From positions 16,943 through 80,942 of the IMG/VR virus record IMGVR_UViG_3300027732_001399: DNA of 64,000 bases, one strand, 5' to 3'. A model generated the notes under the pieces. That model was not told the DNA's origin, made no database searches, and was given only the letters and a program-made list of their open reading frames with translations. Of the stretch, positions 57,996 to 64,000 are shown piece by piece. Each line of letters begins with the position of its first letter. Positions within the stretch are counted from its first letter, which is position 1. The position numbers and the translations under genes were made by a program. This DNA is from a virus (taxonomy: Duplodnaviria; Caudoviricetes).

Positions 57996-59384
57996 ATGGC
58001 AATTAACATATCCCACCCAACCAATACAATCGACGGACAGGATGTATTGAATCTCAAGTCCGGCAACAGTTCTAATATTGAACTGACACCCGATTCAGGT
58101 ACCGTAAACGTTAATGGTGACATTAACATCACTGGTAACTTTAGGGTACAAGGTACAACTACCACAGTTAATAGCACTACAACTTCTATTGTAGATCCTA
58201 TCATTGTACTGGGCACAGACGATGATGGAAATCCAGCAAATGCCAATGACGGTAAAGACCGAGGTGTTTCTTTCTTTTATAATGATGGTTCGACTAAAAC
58301 GGGCTTCTTTGGTTTTGATGCTAGTAACAACGATTTTAGATTTATTCCCAATGCAACCATTACCAGTGAAATAGTAACTGGCTCAAACGGCACAATCACA
58401 ATCAATTTATTAAATGCTGAGTCAGTGGATACTACTATATTAGACGCAGGTGATTTAAACATAACAACAAATGTTGTTAGTTCTAGTATCAGTGGCAACA
58501 TTGTTTTAGATCCAGGCACTGATAGCATTGATGTTAGTAACAGCAATATTATTAACTTATTAGATCCGACATTGGATCAACACGCCGCTACTAAGAAATA
58601 TGTAGATGACGCTGCCAGTGCTATCAGCATTTTAAATATTGCCGGAGATTTTGGCACAGGCACAGTTAATTTAGATCTAGGCACGTTTACATTAAACGGC
58701 ACAATATATCAGATTGAAACTACAGTAAGCAACGATGTAATCACATTTAGTTTACCTACTGTACTTATTGCCCCAGGTAGTTTAGAAGTAACAACGAATT
58801 TAACAGTTAATAATAATACAACAACTACAACGTTAGATGCTGGCAATTTAAATATTACCACAAATGTAATCAGTTCAGATGTCAGTGGCGATATTGTTAT
58901 TGACAGTGGTGCTGACAGCATAGAATTAATTGGTGATACTAACGTCACTGGCAATTTATCAGTAAGTGCTGACGCAGTCATTTATGGTAATTTAACAGTA
59001 CAAGGTACTACAACAAGTATCAATACAATAGACACTGAAATTACAGATAATATTTTAGTATTAAATCAAGGTGAAGCAGGCGCCGGCGTAAGCAAAGGAA
59101 CGAGTGGTATTGAAATAGCACGTGGTTCATTGTTTAACGCAACTTGGAAATGGAATGAAGCAACAGATCGTTGGGAAGCCAAAGAAGGCACTAGTTTAAC
59201 ATCGATAGCGGTGTCAGAAATCAATGCCGGTAATGTAAATATAGCAAACAATACTATTGTTCCAACAGATACCAATGGTGATTTGAATTTAAATTCAAAT
59301 GGCACTGGACAAGTATTAATCAATGGTAGACAAGTGGCAACTGATACAGATGCCCTAATGTACGCAATAGTATTCGGAGGATAA
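57996..59384 (+). CDS. Virion structural / fibre protein with internal repeats
   Basis: Duplicated GN..VQGTTT..N and LDAG.LNITTNV.SS modules; DQHAATKKYVD fibre motif. Confidence 0.7.
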   Translation: MAINISHPTNTIDGQDVLNLKSGNSSNIELTPDSGTVNVNGDINITGNFRVQGTTTTVNSTTTSIVDPIIVLGTDDDGNPANANDGKDRGVSFFYNDGSTKTGFFGFDASNNDFRFIPNATITSEIVTGSNGTITINLLNAESVDTTILDAGDLNITTNVVSSSISGNIVLDPGTDSIDVSNSNIINLLDPTLDQHAATKKYVDDAASAISILNIAGDFGTGTVNLDLGTFTLNGTIYQIETTVSNDVITFSLPTVLIAPGSLEVTTNLTVNNNTTTTTLDAGNLNITTNVISSDVSGDIVIDSGADSIELIGDTNVTGNLSVSADAVIYGNLTVQGTTTSINTIDTEITDNILVLNQGEAGAGVSKGTSGIEIARGSLFNATWKWNEATDRWEAKEGTSLTSIAVSEINAGNVNIANNTIVPTDTNGDLNLNSNGTGQVLINGRQVATDTDALMYAIVFGG

Positions 59385-59385
59385 A

Positions 59386-59706
59386 ATGGCAACTTTTAAA
59401 AACGCAACGGTAGCAATACCAGATACAAATACAAATTACTCAACATTGTATACTGCTACCAGCACGACTGTAATTCACACAGTTTATATTAGTAATAACA
59501 GCGTGGGTGCAAACGCAGATGTTATACTCGAAGTAGTTGACGACAGCGCAACTATTAATATCCCTATTTTGGATAAAGTTCCATTACGAGCAAACACAAC
59601 ATTGGTATTAGAAAAACCAATTAATTTAGAAGCTAACGACAGTCTTAGAATGAAAAGTTCTACCGGTTGTCCTATAACAGCATTTGCAAGTGTAATGGAA
59701 GTTTAA
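59386..59706 (+). CDS. Small virion structural protein
   Basis: GGAGG RBS; TLYTA..TTVI..ISN..LEKPINLEANDSLR pattern typical of fibre-adjacent genes. Confidence 0.6.
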   Translation: MATFKNATVAIPDTNTNYSTLYTATSTTVIHTVYISNNSVGANADVILEVVDDSATINIPILDKVPLRANTTLVLEKPINLEANDSLRMKSSTGCPITAFASVMEV

Positions 59707-59939
59707 TGTTTAAAACAGTCAATGAAGAAGTTAAATTATTTCGTTTAAGTATCTGTAAAGATTGTACAGACTTTAACAAATCATTTAAAACCTGCAAGCA
59801 ATGCGGATGCTATATGCCAGCAAAAGCAATGTTTGCTGTTTCCTCTTGCCCCAGAGAAAAATGGACAGTAAACACTCCAGGCAAAGATTTAATAAATACA
59901 ATAGATGAAATGATTTTAGAATCGTGGGATAAACAATAA
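59706..59939 (+). CDS. Small Cys-rich zinc-binding protein
   Basis: RLSICKDC...CKQCGCYMPAK...CPREKW; TAATG-coupled start at 59706. Confidence 0.65.
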   Translation: MFKTVNEEVKLFRLSICKDCTDFNKSFKTCKQCGCYMPAKAMFAVSSCPREKWTVNTPGKDLINTIDEMILESWDKQ

Positions 59940-61777
59940 TGGCATACATAGGTATAACGTCAGTAGCAGACAGCGAACAGTTGAGTCCAAATTACATTGG
60001 ATTTCAACCTACTTTCCAACGTCCTGAAAGTGCGTTTGTAGTAGATACATTTACTGCGGATGGCAGTCAAACAGTATTTCCTTTAAGTAATCCCAAGCCA
60101 ACAACAAGTAGGGCAGTATTGGTCAGCGTGGCTGGCTATTCTTTAGTTCCTATCATAGACTACGATCTTGATCAATACGGAAATTTAGAGTTTGTCACAG
60201 CTCCTGGCAGCGGCAATGCTATTACAGTACACCATTTAATATTTCCAAAGAATGAAGCAACAACTGGTATTCGCAAGTTAGATGACATCAGCAATGGCTT
60301 TAATGGAATAGATACAAGATTTACATTGACTGCCAATGGTGTAGCAGCCAATATTTTAGGCGCAAATGTATTGGTCATCAGCGTCAACGGAGTTATACAA
60401 GAGCCCGGCGAAGCATACATATTAGACGGTGATGACATTATATTCAGTGAAGCACCTCCTACTATCAGTAGTTTTTATGGCATTGATGTAGGCACAACTG
60501 GAATAGGTACTCCAGGCGATGGTACTATTAGTTCAAGCAAATTTATAACAGACAACACAGCAAGCACAGGTAAAGTACTAGGTGTAAACAGTTCAGGCGA
60601 ACTAAGCTGGGTAACAGTGGGCGGCGGAGTTGGCGCCACAGATTTAGATGGACTCAGCGACGTTAGTCTAGTACTGCCAATGTCCGGACAAGTATTGAGA
60701 TTTAATGGCAGTAACTTTGTCAATGCTAGATTAAATTACAATGACCTGCAAGGTCCTCCAAGTTTAGCCGCTGTGGCAACTTCAGGTAGTTACAATGATT
60801 TAACAAATACACCATCATACCCCACAGACTTAAACGGGTTCACAGACAGTCAAGGATTATTATTCGACGGTGACTATGCCAGTTTAACCAACTTGCCAAA
60901 CATTCCAGATCATCTCACAGATTTAATGGACATTGATGTTGCTAATTTAACTTACAATCAAGTCTTAGTCTATGACGGCAATGCTTGGATCAATGACAGT
61001 TTACAGTTAACAGATTTAAGTATTGTAGATGGAACAGCGGGACAGGTATTGACCACAGACGGACAAGGCAGCTTTACGTTTACAACAGTAAGTGGCGGCA
61101 GCGGTAGTTTCAGTGGTAGTTATAACGACTTAACAAATAAGCCAACTATACCCAGTGATGTCAGTGATTTAACAGATACTACTAATTTATTGTTTAGTGG
61201 TAGTTATACAGATTTAACAAGTAAGCCAACTATACCAACCAAAGTCAGTGACCTTACAAATGACGCAGGATACGTAACGAGCGCAAGCGGTGCAGTTCCA
61301 GCATGGACCAGTGCTGGTGCAATCACACTCACAGCAACCACAACCAATCCCACAAAAGGTACAGTAACAACGGACGATATCAGTTATCGTCAACTGGGTA
61401 CAAAACAGTGGGAAGTGGTAATGACTTACATACAAAGTTCAGTCTCAGGCGGCATTAACACCGGCTCGGGGGATTATTTGGTCACATTGCCCAATGGTCT
61501 AAGTTTTGATACCACATTACCAAGCCAACCAATTTATACCAGTGGTGTTGCGACCAGTACCTTTGCACACCTGCCCTATGTAATTCCCAACTGCAACGGC
61601 ACTATCACCAACAACACTGTAGGCGGACAAATATTTCCAATGGTATATAATGCCACCAAGTTCCGTATACTGACACTCACATACGGCAGTGGAATACAAT
61701 GTTGGGGTAGTGGGTTTTATAGTGTTGGGGGAGATCTACCTAGGATACAATTAACATTTAGGTTCACATCCACATAA
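59939..61777 (+). CDS. Tail fibre-like protein
   Basis: FTADGSQTVF, VISVNGVIQEP, LDGLSDV, GQVLTTDG and repeated SGSYNDLTNKP modules. Confidence 0.75.
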   Translation: MAYIGITSVADSEQLSPNYIGFQPTFQRPESAFVVDTFTADGSQTVFPLSNPKPTTSRAVLVSVAGYSLVPIIDYDLDQYGNLEFVTAPGSGNAITVHHLIFPKNEATTGIRKLDDISNGFNGIDTRFTLTANGVAANILGANVLVISVNGVIQEPGEAYILDGDDIIFSEAPPTISSFYGIDVGTTGIGTPGDGTISSSKFITDNTASTGKVLGVNSSGELSWVTVGGGVGATDLDGLSDVSLVLPMSGQVLRFNGSNFVNARLNYNDLQGPPSLAAVATSGSYNDLTNTPSYPTDLNGFTDSQGLLFDGDYASLTNLPNIPDHLTDLMDIDVANLTYNQVLVYDGNAWINDSLQLTDLSIVDGTAGQVLTTDGQGSFTFTTVSGGSGSFSGSYNDLTNKPTIPSDVSDLTDTTNLLFSGSYTDLTSKPTIPTKVSDLTNDAGYVTSASGAVPAWTSAGAITLTATTTNPTKGTVTTDDISYRQLGTKQWEVVMTYIQSSVSGGINTGSGDYLVTLPNGLSFDTTLPSQPIYTSGVATSTFAHLPYVIPNCNGTITNNTVGGQIFPMVYNATKFRILTLTYGSGIQCWGSGFYSVGGDLPRIQLTFRFTST

Positions 61778-61791
61778 TAAAGGAATATAAT

Positions 61792-61950
61792 ATGGCAAAT
61801 TCAGTTATAGTTCAAAATGGTGTAAGAATAACCAACGGTGTTATTATTCGCAATGGCACGGGCACTCCTCCAGTTACATTTAACATCGTCACTGAAGACG
61901 TATTAGACAACATTTTAACAGAAGACGGCGACGAACTAATCACTGAATAA
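61792..61950 (+). CDS. Small virion-associated protein (52 aa)
   Basis: Not in track. AAGGA RBS; MANSVIVQNGVRITNGVIIRNG...ILTEDGDELITE*. Confidence 0.6.
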   Translation: MANSVIVQNGVRITNGVIIRNGTGTPPVTFNIVTEDVLDNILTEDGDELITE

Positions 61951-61983
61951 ACTCTGTCCATTCAATTTGGAATAAATAATGAT

Positions 61984-62379
61984 ATGGACACATTTTACAA
62001 ACTTCACGGAACTACAGTTGACAAGTTCAAAATTGGACTTAAAAATCAACGCATAGTCTTAACAGGACAAACAACCACAGGATCTACTGCTACTTTGTTA
62101 GACAGAGACAGTCAAAATTATACCGCAGAATCCTCGGTATTTTTTACGGCTTATATTATTGGACAAGGCACTGATAGTGCTGCCTACGAAATAAAAGGCT
62201 GTTATATCAGCGGTGTCAGCGGTGTCAGTGGCTATGTAGTTAATACATTTGTAGATACCAACAGTTTTACCTCGCCCGCTATTACATTTAGTAGTAACGG
62301 CAATTTAACAGTCACAGTTACTGGTCTAGCCAGCGATACGATTAATTGGACTGCTACTATAGATTTTGTAACAGTATAA
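61984..62379 (+). CDS. Putative virion structural protein
   Basis: 131 aa, beta-rich, ends TINWTATID; AATAAATA 5 nt upstream. Confidence 0.6.
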   Translation: MDTFYKLHGTTVDKFKIGLKNQRIVLTGQTTTGSTATLLDRDSQNYTAESSVFFTAYIIGQGTDSAAYEIKGCYISGVSGVSGYVVNTFVDTNSFTSPAITFSSNGNLTVTVTGLASDTINWTATIDFVTV

Positions 62380-62389
62380 GGAAAAAGAA

Positions 62390-64000
62390 ATGGCAACAAA
62401 GAAAATAAGTGAATTTACAACACTGGGATCGTTGTCAGACACAGATATCCTTCCAGTAGTCAACGCAGGATCTAATAAAAAGATAACCGGCGCTACTCTT
62501 AAAACATACGCACAAAGTGGATTGACTATTCCCACTGACGTCAGCGACTTAACTGATACTACTAGTTTATTAGGTGGTGGAGTTGGCACTTTAGATTCAG
62601 TAACTGACACTGGTTCAACCACTACCAACGGCATAACAGTTGGTTCAGTAACACTGACAAACGGTGCAGTGATAAAAGATACCGCGGGTGATGCAGTGGC
62701 ATTTGGTCAAGGTGCCGGAACAACCTCACAAGGTGCAAATTCTGTGGCCGTTGGCGCCGGTGCTGGCTCGAATAATCAAGGCTACGGAGGAGTGGCCGTT
62801 GGCAAAGGTGCTGGAGCAACAGGTCAAGGTATCGACGCCACAGCCATTGGCACCGATGCTGGTGCTACAGATCAAGGTGGCGACGCAGTGGCTGTTGGTG
62901 AAAGTGCTGGTTACACCACTCAAGGCGGTGGAGCAGTGGCCGTTGGCAACTATGCTGGTTACAACACACAAGGCACCTCGGCTGTGGCCATTGGCACCGA
63001 TGCTGGCGAAACCAATCAAGGTGCAAATGCTATTGCCATTGGCGAGCAGGCCGGCGAAACCACACAAGGTGCAAATGCTATTGCCATTGGTAAAGATGCT
63101 GGCTCAAATAGTCAAGGTAGAGACGCAGTGGCCATCGGGTGGGACGCTGGAAAAACCTCACAAGGTGACAATGCAGTGGCCATGGGCCGCTTGTCCGGCT
63201 ACAACTCACAAGGCGCCATGGCCGTGGCCATTGGCGAGCAGGCTGGTTTGACCGATCAAGGTCAAAACGCAGTGGCCATTGGCAGGGATGCTGGCAACAC
63301 CACTCAAGGCACATCCGCAGTGGCCATCGGGTTTCTAGCTGGTTATACCAATCAAGCTGCCAACACAATCATATTAAATGCCACTGACTCAGTAGTCAAC
63401 GGCGTTGAGGCTCAAACCAGCAGTTTCTATGTGGCACCGATTAGAACTGATGCCACACCTGCCAATGTATTATATTATAACACAACTACCAAAGAAGTAA
63501 CTTATGGTGCTGGTGGCGGAGGCAGTGTTTCCAGTTTGGTCAACGGTGACAATGAACTTGCGCTCGGCGCAGATGGCACATTAACATTGCCCTCAGGTGG
63601 TACTATCACAGAAGGTGGCGGACTCAGTGGTGCTATTCGACTTACACCTGCTGGTGGAGCCAACGCTAACCAAGCATTGGTAATTTACCCAACCGTCAAC
63701 CCCGATGGTGATCACTTACACTTGACCGCAGGCGGCGGCACTACTGAACTGTATCTAGGCAATGATAATCAGTATGTCAAGGTGGGCAAAGGTGCACCAT
63801 ATAACGGCACGATTGTTATTGCTACCACCGGATGGCCAGACGCAGTGTTTGACATAAGTAGTTCTGGCGACTGGCTCGGAGAATCTCTCAGCAACTTGGC
63901 CACAACTGGCGGCACAGGCACCGGATTAACTGTGACAGTGACTCAGGTTGCTGGTGTTGCCACTGCCATTGCTATTGTATCGGGTCTAATGGAAGGATAC
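62390..64000 (+). CDS. Tail fibre / adhesin with YadA-head-like repeats; runs off the window
   Basis: Not in track because it is open-ended. AAGGA RBS; MATKKISEF...; 16-aa QGxxAVAIGxxAGxxx repeats; no stop found to 64000. Confidence 0.8.
   Translation, partial: MATKKISEFTTLGSLSDTDILPVVNAGSNKKITGATLKTYAQSGLTIPTDVSDLTDTTSLLGGGVGTLDSVTDTGSTTTNGITVGSVTLTNGAVIKDTAGDAVAFGQGAGTTSQGANSVAVGAGAGSNNQGYGGVAVGKGAGATGQGIDATAIGTDAGATDQGGDAVAVGESAGYTTQGGGAVAVGNYAGYNTQGTSAVAIGTDAGETNQGANAIAIGEQAGETTQGANAIAIGKDAGSNSQGRDAVAIGWDAGKTSQGDNAVAMGRLSGYNSQGAMAVAIGEQAGLTDQGQNAVAIGRDAGNTTQGTSAVAIGFLAGYTNQAANTIILNATDSVVNGVEAQTSSFYVAPIRTDATPANVLYYNTTTKEVTYGAGGGGSVSSLVNGDNELALGADGTLTLPSGGTITEGGGLSGAIRLTPAGGANANQALVIYPTVNPDGDHLHLTAGGGTTELYLGNDNQYVKVGKGAPYNGTIVIATTGWPDAVFDISSSGDWLGESLSNLATTGGTGTGLTVTVTQVAGVATAIAIVSGLMEGY
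62681..63352 (+). repeat. About 14 tandem 48-bp coding repeats (QG..AVAIG..AG...)
   Basis: caagg...gtggcc(a/g)ttggc...gctgg recurs every 48 nt from 62729 to 63352, plus one leading partial unit. Confidence 0.9.

Noticed and set aside
62681-63352. 48-bp periodic repeats as a possible CRISPR array, and ORF 62688..63251
   Set aside because: The units are degenerate, in frame and coding with no repeat-spacer alternation; the listed ORF is an off-frame shadow.
1-64000. Alternative genetic code (stop-codon reassignment)
   Set aside because: Genes up to 8.4 kb are intact and tightly packed under code 11.

Overview
AT-rich segment of a large T4-superfamily-like (myovirus/jumbo-type) dsDNA phage genome, read with the standard code. 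From left to right: (1) 1-15954, minus strand, a tightly coupled operon of about 16 kb of sugar/surface-modification enzymes (three paralogous GT-A-like proteins, carbamoyltransferase, GatZ/KbaZ-like protein, shikimate-dehydrogenase-like protein, NTF2/SnoaL, nucleotidyltransferase-kinase fusion, cupin, two SGNH-like proteins, two CxSGQxR proteins, twitch radical SAM). (2) 16009-30948, minus strand, baseplate/virion genes including a (Gly-Tyr)n protein, a 2809-aa protein, gp6 and gp25. (3) 31-36.7 kb, an early cassette with HNH nuclease, sigma70 promoters, DNA ligase, PhyH dioxygenase and a MazG-like enzyme. (4) 36.7-43.6 kb, baseplate hub genes (gp5-like, hub protein, M23 peptidase, gp53, gp48-like). 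(5) gp55 late sigma, gp47/gp46, acyl carrier protein, Hc1-like protein and GIY-YIG nuclease, then a hairpin-rich non-coding region of about 520 bp. (6) gp26-like chaperone with a probable -1 frameshift extension, tape measure, portal, protease, scaffold, major capsid and tail-fibre genes. The most notable items are the late-expressed modification operon, the U_UUU_UUC frameshift, the structured non-coding element, apparent leaderless late transcripts and two catalytically eroded muramidase domains in the hub. All family calls come from motif recognition by eye; no database searches were run.
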